Shown here: positions 9,813 through 17,751 of the stretch, in pieces
Layout of the letters: each line of letters starts with the position of its first letter
Numbering within the stretch: position 1 is the first letter of the stretch
Assembly (NCBI RefSeq): GCF_000025945.1
Contig: NC_006138.1
Coordinates: forward strand, 2,820,001-2,852,000
Direction of reading: 5' to 3'
DNA: 32,000 nt
Origin: Desulfotalea psychrophila LSv54
GTDB taxonomy: Bacteria; Desulfobacterota; Desulfobulbia; Desulfobulbales; Desulfocapsaceae
Translations under genes and position numbers: made by a program
Notes under the pieces: model-generated
Told to the model about the DNA's origin: nothing
The model's database searches: none
What the model saw: only the letters and a program-made list of their open reading frames with translations

Positions 9813-11630
9813 ATGTTCCCCGAAAAAATATTGCAGTCAACCCCACACAAGCCAGGCGTCTACCTGATGCTTGATGCCAAAGCCAGGGTGATATATGTGG
9901 GCAAGGCAAAGGATCTGGTCAAGCGACTCACCTCCTATACGCGCCATAGCAGCTCGGAACATAACAAGACCACCGTTATGCTGAAGAAGGTGGAGCAGGT
10001 GAAGACCATCATCACCACCACCGAAAAAGAGGCCCTGATCCTTGAGGCATCGCTGATAAAAAAGCATAAACCCCGCTACAACATCATCCTCCGCGACGAC
10101 AAAAACTATCCATATATTGCCGTAACAGTGGGTGAAGAATGGCCACGGGTAATGATGGTAAGACGTAAACGCAGAGACAACTCCCGCTACTTTGGCCCCT
10201 ACTCCTCGGCAACGGCCATGTGGGCGACTCTCAAGCTAATTGCCTCCCTCTTCCCCCTACGCAACTGTCGGGGAGAAAAATTACGACCAAGAACGCGTCC
10301 ATGCCTGAACCGGCAGATAGGTAAATGCCTTGCCCCCTGTACCGGCAATGTCAGTCGAAAAATATATATGGAGAATGTGGACAAAATCCTCCTCCTCCTT
10401 CAGGGCAAGAGCCGCGATCTGCTGGCAGAGCTGAAAAGGCAGATGCTCCAGGCCTCGGAAAGGCTCAACTTTGAACAGGCAGGACAGTTCCGAGATCAAA
10501 TCAGGGCCCTGAAAACCACCCTGGAAAAACAACTCGTGGCCGCAGGCCATGGCAAAAATCAAGATGTCTTTGGCTATGTCCGTTCCGGGACAACGGTTGC
10601 CGTCAATATACTCTTTGTCCGTGATGGCCTAGTCAGCGGCTCCCGCTCCTTTTTCATCGAAGACTATTTCGGCCTCGACAGCCAAGTGCTGAGCCAAACC
10701 ATCAGTCAATACTATGACCGTGAAACGCCCCCACCAAAGGAAATACTGCTCCCGTTTTCTCCAGAAAACTTTGAACTGCTCAGCGAATACCTAGCCGATT
10801 TCACAACACATATCCTACAGATAAAAATCCCCCAGCGGGGAGATAGTACCATCCTGGTGGAGATGGCAAACACCAACGCCCGACAGCTCTTTGCAGAGAA
10901 GGAGAAAAAGGAGAGGTCTTGGCAGAGTCTTGGCAAAAGTATAAAGGAGAAGTTACAGCTTAGCCGGACACCGGAAACCATTGAGTGCCTCGACATCTCC
11001 AATATCAGCGGGCAGCACGCCATCGGCTCTCTGGTCTGTTTTTCCGGGGGAGAGGCAAACAAAAGCCGTTTTCGTCACTACAAGATCCGAACCATAGAGG
11101 GGCCAGATGACTATGGGATGATGCGCGAGGTGATGGAGCGGAGATTTAAACGTGGTATAAAAGAGGGCAACCTACCCAATCTCTTTGTGGTTGATGGTGG
11201 GAAGGGCCAACTGGGAATGGCCATGGCCGTGGCGAGAGAACTTGGCATCACCAACGAACTTGATTGGATTGGTATTGCCAAAGAGCGCCATGAAGAGGGT
11301 GAGAAGCTCTATAAGCCAGGCAGAAAAAACCCCATCCTCCTGCCGGCGCATAGCCCCGTCCTCCTCTATCTTATGCGTATTCGGGACGAATCACATCGCT
11401 ACGGAATCACCTTTCACCGCAAACTCCGCAACAGGGCAACGCTCTCTTCAGAGCTTGATGAGATAGAGGGCATTGGTGATAATCGCAAGAAACTCCTTCT
11501 AAAGAAGATAGGAAGCCTGAAAAAAATCAAAGAGGCCAGCCTTCAGAAACTGCAAGAGGTCGAGGGAATAGGACCACTCCTGGCTAAAAAAATATATACC
11601 TCCCTACAAAGGGATAAAAACAAGTCTTAG
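9813..11630 (+). CDS. uvrC: Excinuclease ABC subunit C
   Basis: GIY-YIG N-terminus (KPGVYLMLDAKARVIYVGKAKDLVKRL), a UVR domain (FEQAGQFRDQIRAL) and a C-terminal (HhH)2 (IEGIGDNRKK...VEGIGPLLAKKIY). I chose the ATG at 9813 over the TTG at 9807. Confidence 0.93.
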   Translation: MFPEKILQSTPHKPGVYLMLDAKARVIYVGKAKDLVKRLTSYTRHSSSEHNKTTVMLKKVEQVKTIITTTEKEALILEASLIKKHKPRYNIILRDDKNYPYIAVTVGEEWPRVMMVRRKRRDNSRYFGPYSSATAMWATLKLIASLFPLRNCRGEKLRPRTRPCLNRQIGKCLAPCTGNVSRKIYMENVDKILLLLQGKSRDLLAELKRQMLQASERLNFEQAGQFRDQIRALKTTLEKQLVAAGHGKNQDVFGYVRSGTTVAVNILFVRDGLVSGSRSFFIEDYFGLDSQVLSQTISQYYDRETPPPKEILLPFSPENFELLSEYLADFTTHILQIKIPQRGDSTILVEMANTNARQLFAEKEKKERSWQSLGKSIKEKLQLSRTPETIECLDISNISGQHAIGSLVCFSGGEANKSRFRHYKIRTIEGPDDYGMMREVMERRFKRGIKEGNLPNLFVVDGGKGQLGMAMAVARELGITNELDWIGIAKERHEEGEKLYKPGRKNPILLPAHSPVLLYLMRIRDESHRYGITFHRKLRNRATLSSELDEIEGIGDNRKKLLLKKIGSLKKIKEASLQKLQEVEGIGPLLAKKIYTSLQRDKNKS

Positions 11631-12116
11631 AAACACACCTCCAAAAGAAGATCAGCTCTGAGGGGAAAACTGATTACCAGCGTCGATAATGTTTCAAGCT
11701 CAAAAGCAGAGGACACGGAACCCATTAGCCCAAGAGCTGACCAGACAAACCTCCTCACCCTCAAAGCCACCATAAAATCGGTCCGGGAAGTAGGAAAGGG
11801 TTTTGCCATGGTGTCCAACAAGATCAAAGAACTGGCAAGGCAATCACAGAATCCACTCTGGAGATCATTTTACGGGTGACAAGCGTGCAAAAATCAAGTT
11901 TTCTTACTATTGAAAATATTAACAATATAATCAGTACTATCACCGAGGGAAACAACCGGGTAGGGAGCATCACCGTTTCGGCACAAGATCTGGATCTCGT
12001 CCGCATGGAGGGGAGATCACCCGGCAATGCCGGAAGTAAATGAGGCGACTCAGGAACAAGAAAATATTGCCCTAGGTCTTAATAAAATGAGTTATCGATT
12101 CAAACTTGGTGAGTAG
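11631..12116 (+). pseudogene. Decayed 3' fragment of a methyl-accepting chemotaxis protein gene (signalling domain only, at least 2 frameshifts, no start codon)
   Basis: My own translation of three frame segments. Segment 1 (11631-11879, ending in TGA at 11877-11879) gives ...[38 protein letters not shown], compared with the MCP hairpin-tip consensus xQTNLLALNAAIEAARAGExGRGFAVVAxEVRxLA. Segment 2 (from 11849, ending in TGA at 12041-12043) gives [34 protein letters not shown].... Segment 3 (12033-12116) gives EVNEATQEQENIALGLNKMSYRFKLGE*, compared with the typical MCP C-terminus ...FKL. Confidence 0.65.
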
Positions 12117-12117
12117 A

Positions 12118-12315
12118 ATGAGCAAGGCAAATGATCTTTGGGAAGAGTTAGGTGAACTGAGCGATGAAGACGCAGGACATGTACTGATGCGACTCTTTAC
12201 CGCCTATGAGCAGGAACATGAGTTAGAGCAGAATCCAACAGGCTGTACAGACTTCTTCAAAAAGCTCAGTTCAGCAATCAACCAAACAACTAACTGTAAC
12301 CTCAATAGAAGATAA
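12118..12315 (+). CDS. Small acidic hypothetical protein (65 aa)
   Basis: ATG at 12118 preceded by GGTGAG about 5 nt upstream. The protein is MSKANDLWEELGELSDEDAGHVL...TNCNLNRR. No family recognised with certainty. Confidence 0.4.
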   Translation: MSKANDLWEELGELSDEDAGHVLMRLFTAYEQEHELEQNPTGCTDFFKKLSSAINQTTNCNLNRR

Positions 12316-12325
12316 TTTTATCCGA

Positions 12326-12373
12326 GCAGAGCATGCCACCGTCCACATCCTGGCCTGTCTCATCATGCTCTGC
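12326..12373. repeat. Perfect 10-bp inverted repeat with a 28-nt spacer
   Basis: gcagagcatg (12326-12335) and catgctctgc (12364-12373), immediately downstream of the small ORF. No U-run follows. Confidence 0.6.
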
Positions 12374-12620
12374 CTATACCAGAGGGAGAAACTTGAAAAA
12401 TCAGCTTTTTTTTCAGGCTGACCTAATATATATTGATATTAAAGAAAAAAAATCTTATGAATTTCTTTACAGAAATAGATCAAGCCCTGCCTCTAGAAGC
12501 AAACGGGCCCCCAAAGAATATCTCTTTGATTTTTTTACCAAATATTCAACTTACTCCTGCCCTGAAACCTCAGAACAGGATTAATTTACAGCCATTTTAT
12601 AAAAACAGAGGAAAAGTATA

Positions 12621-13298
12621 GTGCCACAGCAAGAACTCGAAAAAAAACTCAGTACTATTGATGAAGCCCAACCATGTGTTGTTGCCATTCATGATTCCGA
12701 AGGCAATGCCATCAGATATGACTGTACCTTTGCCCAGAGAGAGGCACATAACTTTGCCCTGGTTTTACCCTTTGGGGTAAGCTTGAATATGCACAATATA
12801 AAAAAGACCTGTTCTTTTTGTACCCCTCCGACCCCAGGGCAAGCAACGGTATCCTGCAAGGCCCAGATTAATGAAAAAATTGCCGACACCATTGAACTGA
12901 CAGCGCTTGAAGATATCGACCCGGCAACCCTTCGCCAATTTTTTCGGGTCAACCTCCGAGTACCCGTGACAGTCTCCTATTGTCCTGACACAAGTAATGA
13001 GGAAACGCATTGGTTCCAGGCTGGAGATAGCATCGATATTTCCAGGACAGGGATACTCTGCATACTTCCACAGGAGGCGGCCAATCTCAAAGAACTACAA
13101 GTAGATCTTGCCCTGACAGACCCCAAGACAAACACAAACTGCACAGGTCATATAATTCGAATTAAACGCCTTACCAAGTCACGTTGGCTAACAGCAATCC
13201 ACTTTGACCAGATAAACCCTGCCGCAGCAGACAACATCACGGCAAACTGCCTCCAGGAACAACGTCGCCAGATACGAGACAATATTCAAACCACATGA
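12621..13298 (+). CDS. PilZ-domain c-di-GMP receptor with a YcgR-like two-domain layout
   Basis: GTG start with RBS GAGGAAAAG upstream. PilZ motifs are RQFFR (RxxxR) and, about 30 residues later, DISRTG (D/NxSxxG). They are preceded by an N-terminal domain of about 100 aa. Confidence 0.8.
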   Translation: MPQQELEKKLSTIDEAQPCVVAIHDSEGNAIRYDCTFAQREAHNFALVLPFGVSLNMHNIKKTCSFCTPPTPGQATVSCKAQINEKIADTIELTALEDIDPATLRQFFRVNLRVPVTVSYCPDTSNEETHWFQAGDSIDISRTGILCILPQEAANLKELQVDLALTDPKTNTNCTGHIIRIKRLTKSRWLTAIHFDQINPAAADNITANCLQEQRRQIRDNIQTT

Positions 13299-13445
13299 TT
13301 TCAACTTATTAGACCATCACCATGGATATACTTTCCCCATCCCAACCAATCCCTCCCCTAGGGGAAAAATCTACCCAGCCCCAACAAAAAATGGGCCTAA
13401 ATACCCCTTCGGAGCTGGAAGGCAAGGTGTTGGCAAATAGAGGCA

Positions 13446-14366
13446 ATGGTGTCTTTTTTGGTTCAAGTAGCTGGAGAAAAGATTGAAATCCACTCTCAAA
13501 CGCCACTCGAGCTTGGGCAGAAGATTCGGCTGACGATACAGCAAATTTCTCAGGAGACGCAGATCCAGCCAGACAAAAGCGATAAGGCCCCCCTCATCTC
13601 TAAGCTTCTCCAAACCATAGGGGCAAAAACACCTCTGATGGCCCAGCCGGTGAGCCTCGCTCAACTCTCCCTGCTCATGGCAAACAGCGAAAAGGCCCTT
13701 TCCGCCACCAGCCTCCACTCCCTTTCCAGCTTTTTTAGCGGACAACAGATACTGTTAGAGGGGGGAGGCGGAGAGCTACTCAAAGAGTTACTGAACCAAC
13801 TAGGCCTCTCCCACGAAAGATCCCTGCTGCAGGGTAGGCCTGATGAGGTAAAGGGCCAAATCAAAAACTCCCTTTTTGAGATACTTGGCAAACTCCCCTC
13901 CTCCAGCCCCCTCCATCAAGAAGCTCATAAAATTTCCAGTATAATAGACTCATTCCAACTGATTAATATCAGTCAAAGTGAGCAAGGTAATTTCATCCTG
14001 CCCCTGCCCTTTGACTTTCTCAATCTCGGATTTCTCCTTATTCACAGCGACAGAGACCGGCATAGGCAGGAGGAGAGAAGAGAACAGGATAACATCTACT
14101 TTTCTCTCTATCTCCAAGTGAGCGCCCTGGGTAACCTACAGATTGACCTGGCTGGCGGCAAGGAGGGAGTGACCATCCACATCCATACAGACTCAGAGGA
14201 AAAAAGTGCCTTTTTAAAAGAACATCTCCCCATGCTCCAGGAAAAGCTCTCTGCCCTCTTTCCCCTCTGCACTATTGGCCTCAGCCATGATGCCAAGGAT
14301 CCCATTGCCGAATTACTCTCCAGGGGTACCGGCCCCGAGCAAAGCATCATCAATCAAAAGGTATAA
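13446..14366 (+). CDS. FliK-like (hook-length-control-like) protein; the N-terminus probably continues upstream in another frame (from 13322)
   Basis: 306-aa ORF. The C-terminal ~100 aa resemble the FliK C-terminal Flg_hook domain (NFILPLPFDFLNLGFLL...LQVSALGNLQIDLAGGKEGVTIHIHTDSEEKSAFLKEHLPMLQEKL). The ATG at 13446 has only a 2-nt spacer after AGAGG. See the frameshift finding. Confidence 0.6.
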   Translation: MVSFLVQVAGEKIEIHSQTPLELGQKIRLTIQQISQETQIQPDKSDKAPLISKLLQTIGAKTPLMAQPVSLAQLSLLMANSEKALSATSLHSLSSFFSGQQILLEGGGGELLKELLNQLGLSHERSLLQGRPDEVKGQIKNSLFEILGKLPSSSPLHQEAHKISSIIDSFQLINISQSEQGNFILPLPFDFLNLGFLLIHSDRDRHRQEERREQDNIYFSLYLQVSALGNLQIDLAGGKEGVTIHIHTDSEEKSAFLKEHLPMLQEKLSALFPLCTIGLSHDAKDPIAELLSRGTGPEQSIINQKV

Positions 14367-14369
14367 GCC

Positions 14370-14630
14370 GTGCAAAAAAAAGCAGTCGCCCTACGCTATC
14401 ACCAGGAAGAGGACAGGGCCCCACGGGTTGTGGCTTCGGGTAAGGGTATCGTAGCCGAAAATATCATAGAGACCGGAGAGGCCGCAGGCGTTTATATCCA
14501 AGAGGACCGGGATATGGTGGAGTTACTTGCTCAAATTGAGCTCAACCAGGAAATCCCCATGGAGCTGTACGGCGCCGTCAGTGAAATTTTAAGTTTTGTC
14601 TATAAGGTAAACGGAAAATATGAAAAATAA
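14370..14630 (+). CDS. FlhB/YscU C-terminal-domain-like protein (free-standing export-switch subdomain)
   Basis: 86 aa: KKAVALRYHQEEDRAPRVVASGKGIVAENII...IPMELYGAVSEILSFVYKV. This is colinear with the part of FlhB/EscU that follows the NPTH autocleavage site. It has no TM segment and no NPTH. Confidence 0.85.
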   Translation: MQKKAVALRYHQEEDRAPRVVASGKGIVAENIIETGEAAGVYIQEDRDMVELLAQIELNQEIPMELYGAVSEILSFVYKVNGKYEK

Positions 14631-14661
14631 TCCCCCCTCCACCATAGCGATAGAAAAATGC

Positions 14662-14689
14662 TTGTAAGCTTCTTGATTTAAAGTAGAAT
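14662..14689 (+). promoter_or_regulatory. Candidate sigma-70 promoter for the yciI-like gene
   Basis: TTGTAA (14662-14667), a 16-nt spacer, then TAGAAT (14684-14689), about 100 nt upstream of the ATG at 14794. Confidence 0.3.
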
Positions 14690-14793
14690 TTCTGTCAAAA
14701 CCATCTGTTCTCATCGCCACATTTTCCACTCAAGAGAGCAGAAGAAGATGAACCTGATGGTGTAAAGACAAGGGCATCGAAAAAAGGAAATGC

Positions 14794-15084
14794 ATGTTTA
14801 TCATATCATTGACCTACAAGGTTGAACTGGAAGAGGTGGACAAACACCTTGACGCCCATATTGCCTATTTGAAAGATGCATATGCCAATGGAAATTTTAT
14901 TGCATCGGGCCGAAAGGTTCCAAGAACAGGCGGTATCATCTTCTCCAAGGTTAAAAACCGGGATCAGCTTGAAACTATTCTGAAAAAAGACCCATTTAAT
15001 CAAGCCGGTATTGCGAAATACGATATCACCGAGTTCATTCCGGGCATGGTGGCCGATGGCTTTGAAACATTAAAAGAGGTATAA
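14794..15084 (+). CDS. YciI-family protein
   Basis: 96 aa. FIISLTYKVELEEVDKHLDAHIAYLKDAYANGNFIASGRKVPRTGGII...DPF matches the YciI-like fold pattern. Confidence 0.85.
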   Translation: MFIISLTYKVELEEVDKHLDAHIAYLKDAYANGNFIASGRKVPRTGGIIFSKVKNRDQLETILKKDPFNQAGIAKYDITEFIPGMVADGFETLKEV

Positions 15085-15095
15085 GTAGCTCTTCA

Positions 15096-15115
15096 GCGGG
15101 GTGGAGTAACCCCGC
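15096..15115 (+). terminator. Hairpin downstream of the yciI-like gene
   Basis: gcggggt, a 6-nt loop, then accccgc. No U-run follows. Confidence 0.35.
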
Positions 15116-15240
15116 CACTGGGCCATTCGGATTCAACTTTCAGCCATCCTCAACCTATCCAACCACCTCCTCACGGCACCGCCGTCTGAAGCCAGCCCCT
15201 GCCCAGGGACAATCAATTTATTCTATCAGGAAAAAAGGCT

Positions 15241-15276
15241 AAAAAAAATCCCCTGTTTCATCAACAGGGGATTTTT
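15241..15276. terminator. Bidirectional rho-independent terminator (serves livF and possibly the yciI-like gene)
   Basis: An A8 run, then stem aatcccctgtt / aacaggggatt with a 5-nt loop, then a T5 run. Confidence 0.8.
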
Positions 15277-15310
15277 GCGTAGAAGCAGATGTGGGGAAAA
15301 TCTGGATAAA

Positions 15311-16036
15311 TCAGTTACGTTTCTTACCCAGATAGGCCTCCTGAACCTTAGGAGAGGCAAGGAGCTCTGCCGAGGTACCCGAAAAGACGATCTTGCCCAC
15401 CTCAAGGATATAACCTCGATTAGCAAGTCGCAAAGCCGCCTTGGCGTTTTGTTCAACGAGCAGCACAGTCACCCCACTCTCGGCGATCTTTTTGATCTGG
15501 GCAAAGATAGCCTTTACCAGAATCGGGGCAATCCCCAAACTTGGCTCATCAAGGAGAAGCATGGACGGCTTTGACATAAGCGCCCTGCCAATGGCAAGCA
15601 TCTGCTGTTCTCCACCCGAAAGGGTTCCGGCAAGCTGGCTACGACGCTCCTCCAGGCGAGGAAAGAGATTATAAACCCAACCAAGTATCTCCGGGTCCAT
15701 CTTCTTCTTGCTATAGGCACCAAGGAGAAGATTCTCTTCTACGGTAAGGATACCAAAGACCCGACGACCCTCCGGGGAATGGCTCATCCCCAGAGAAACA
15801 ATCTTATGGGCAGGAAGCTGGGTCAGCTCTACCCCATCAAAGATGATAGAACCAGACTTTGCCCGAAGAAGTTGGGTAATGGTACGCATGGTGGTGGTTT
15901 TGCCCGCACCATTTGAACCGAGGATGGTAACAATCTCACCCCGGTGTACCTGCAAGGAAATTCCCTTAATCGCCGCGATGTTACCGTAGGAAACCTCAAG
16001 GTCGGTAATATTAAGTAATGCCTCATTAGAAATCAT
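15311..16036 (-). CDS. livF: Branched-chain/hydrophobic amino-acid ABC transporter ATP-binding protein (LivF type)
   Basis: Walker A GSNGAGKTT, signature LSGGEQQMLAIGRAL, Walker B LLLLDEPSLG. The start is taken at MISNEALL (ATG at 16036), which overlaps the livG stop. Confidence 0.9.
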   Translation of the reverse strand: MISNEALLNITDLEVSYGNIAAIKGISLQVHRGEIVTILGSNGAGKTTTMRTITQLLRAKSGSIIFDGVELTQLPAHKIVSLGMSHSPEGRRVFGILTVEENLLLGAYSKKKMDPEILGWVYNLFPRLEERRSQLAGTLSGGEQQMLAIGRALMSKPSMLLLDEPSLGIAPILVKAIFAQIKKIAESGVTVLLVEQNAKAALRLANRGYILEVGKIVFSGTSAELLASPKVQEAYLGKKRN

Positions 16037-16802
16037 CGTCGTCACTCCCAAGATATGCCTCAATTACGGCAGGATCAGCCTGAACAATGTCTGGCGTTCC
16101 CTCAGCAATCTTTTTCCCGAAATTTATAACGGTCAGATATTCCGTTACCTCCATTACCAAATCCATATCATGCTCAATAAGAAGAATAGTCACCCCACGT
16201 TGACGAATACGATAGATGGTATCAATCAACTCCTGAGTTTCATTCTCATTAAGCCCTGCTGCAGGTTCATCAAGAATCAAAAGCGACGGCTCCGTAGCCA
16301 ACGCCCGCGCCATCTCTACCCGACGCTGAATACCATAGGCAAGAGCACCAACGGGTTTCACCGCATAGGCCTCTAGATCAAAAAAGTGGAGTAACTCAGC
16401 GACAACATCCCAATTACTCTCCTCGTCGGCACGAGAAGAGGGGGTAGGAAAAATTCCATTCCACCACCCCTGCTTGCTCTTGATATGACGGCCGCTCATG
16501 ATATTTTCGGCAACACTCATCTGTTCAAAGAGACGGATAGTTTGAAAAGTGCGAACAATACCACGCTCGGCCACCTTATGGGGTGGAAGCCGAGTAATAT
16601 CCTCTCCATTCCAATGGATAGATCCCTCTTCACAGGGATGAATGCCTGTAATACAGTTAAAAACGGTGGTCTTCCCTGCACCATTGGGACCAATTATGCC
16701 ATAGATTTGACCTGCCTTGACAGTAAAGCTTAAATCATCAACAGCGGTTAAGCCCCCAAACCTCTTGGTCACATTTGTCAAAATCAGATTACTCGATGTC
16801 AT
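16026..16802 (-). CDS. livG: Branched-chain/hydrophobic amino-acid ABC transporter ATP-binding protein (LivG type)
   Basis: Walker A GPNGAGKTT, signature-like LAYGIQRRVEMARAL, Walker B LLILDEPAAGL, and the LivG-type insertion. Confidence 0.9.
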   Translation of the reverse strand: MTSSNLILTNVTKRFGGLTAVDDLSFTVKAGQIYGIIGPNGAGKTTVFNCITGIHPCEEGSIHWNGEDITRLPPHKVAERGIVRTFQTIRLFEQMSVAENIMSGRHIKSKQGWWNGIFPTPSSRADEESNWDVVAELLHFFDLEAYAVKPVGALAYGIQRRVEMARALATEPSLLILDEPAAGLNENETQELIDTIYRIRQRGVTILLIEHDMDLVMEVTEYLTVINFGKKIAEGTPDIVQADPAVIEAYLGSDDDDF

Positions 16803-17751
16803 AACTTCCTTCCTTTATCAGTCTCTTAGGAATTTTACCAAATTTTGCAGGACATATTCCCCTCGGTCGTATTATCATCGTAACAATCATAGCAAGACCA
16901 AAGATAAAATAACGCCAGGTGGCAAAATCCCGAAAAATCTCTGGGAGGACAAACATAACAAAGACGCCCAGAAGAATGCCGGGAATTGAAGAGCCACCCA
17001 CAATGACAATACTGAAAAAGAGAACCGATTGAAGAAAATTAAAGGCCTCCGGACTCACAGCAGAGTATTGATTGGCATAAAAGGTCCCTGCCATACCGGC
17101 AATCCCTGCCCCTACGGCAAAGGCAAATATCTTATAGACTCTGGTATTTATCCCCACACAGCTTGCGGCAAGTTCATCCTCACGCAGATAGTGCAGAGCA
17201 CGTCCCGCCTTACTCTTTGCAAGGTTATACATTAAAAGAAAGGTAAGAAAGAGGGCTATAAGAGCCGCATAAAAGGCACCTAGCTGTGGCGAGTCCATAA
17301 ACCCCGGCAGATTGATCATATCAAGACCAAAAATACCATTGGGCCCACCTGTTACGCCGCCAAGATCATTTTGCACAACCTGAATAAAAACAATATTAAA
17401 GCCAATGGATGCCACCAACAGGTAATCGCCACGAAGATGAACAATGGGACCGGCAAGAATCACCCCAAAAATTGCTGGAATGATGATGGCAGCAGGTACA
17501 GTCGCCAACATGGGCCAACCAAAATGAGCGTTTAAAATTGCACTAATATAGGCGCCCATACCAAAGAAAAGTGCCTGGCCCATATTAAACATCCCGGCCT
17601 TGCCCAGGATAATATCCATACTCAAGGCTACGATGGAAAAAACGACAAAGGTCGTTGCCACAGCCAACCAACGAGAATCAAGCAGCGCCGGCAGACTCAG
17701 CATCAGCAAAAAAAACAGGGGATAGCCAAACTGCTCTATTTTTTTCATCAT
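16789..17751 (-). CDS. livM: ABC transporter permease (LivM type)
   Basis: 320-aa polytopic membrane protein. It overlaps both livH and livG. Typical LivM motifs such as GQALFFGMGAY. Confidence 0.88.
   Translation of the reverse strand: MMKKIEQFGYPLFFLLMLSLPALLDSRWLAVATTFVVFSIVALSMDIILGKAGMFNMGQALFFGMGAYISAILNAHFGWPMLATVPAAIIIPAIFGVILAGPIVHLRGDYLLVASIGFNIVFIQVVQNDLGGVTGGPNGIFGLDMINLPGFMDSPQLGAFYAALIALFLTFLLMYNLAKSKAGRALHYLREDELAASCVGINTRVYKIFAFAVGAGIAGMAGTFYANQYSAVSPEAFNFLQSVLFFSIVIVGGSSIPGILLGVFVMFVLPEIFRDFATWRYFIFGLAMIVTMIIRPRGICPAKFGKIPKRLIKEGSYDIE

Noticed and set aside
11627-12027. Two minus-strand ORFs from the track (66 aa and 67 aa) downstream of uvrC
   Set aside because: The plus strand here translates, across frameshifts, into a recognisable MCP signalling domain. 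The minus-strand ORFs are antisense shadows with no RBS and no recognisable features.
12333-12621. Plus-strand ORFs of 83 aa and 62 aa in the AT-rich spacer before the PilZ gene
   Set aside because: They have low-complexity, basic composition, no Shine-Dalgarno sequence and mutually overlapping frames. The PilZ GTG at 12621 has its own good RBS. They are more likely promoter/leader DNA.
15114-15120. GCCACTG, identical to the cobalamin riboswitch core heptamer
   Set aside because: It overlaps the end of the terminator-like hairpin after the yciI-like gene, in a convergent gap with no downstream gene. None of the other cobalamin riboswitch elements is present. Chance occurrence.
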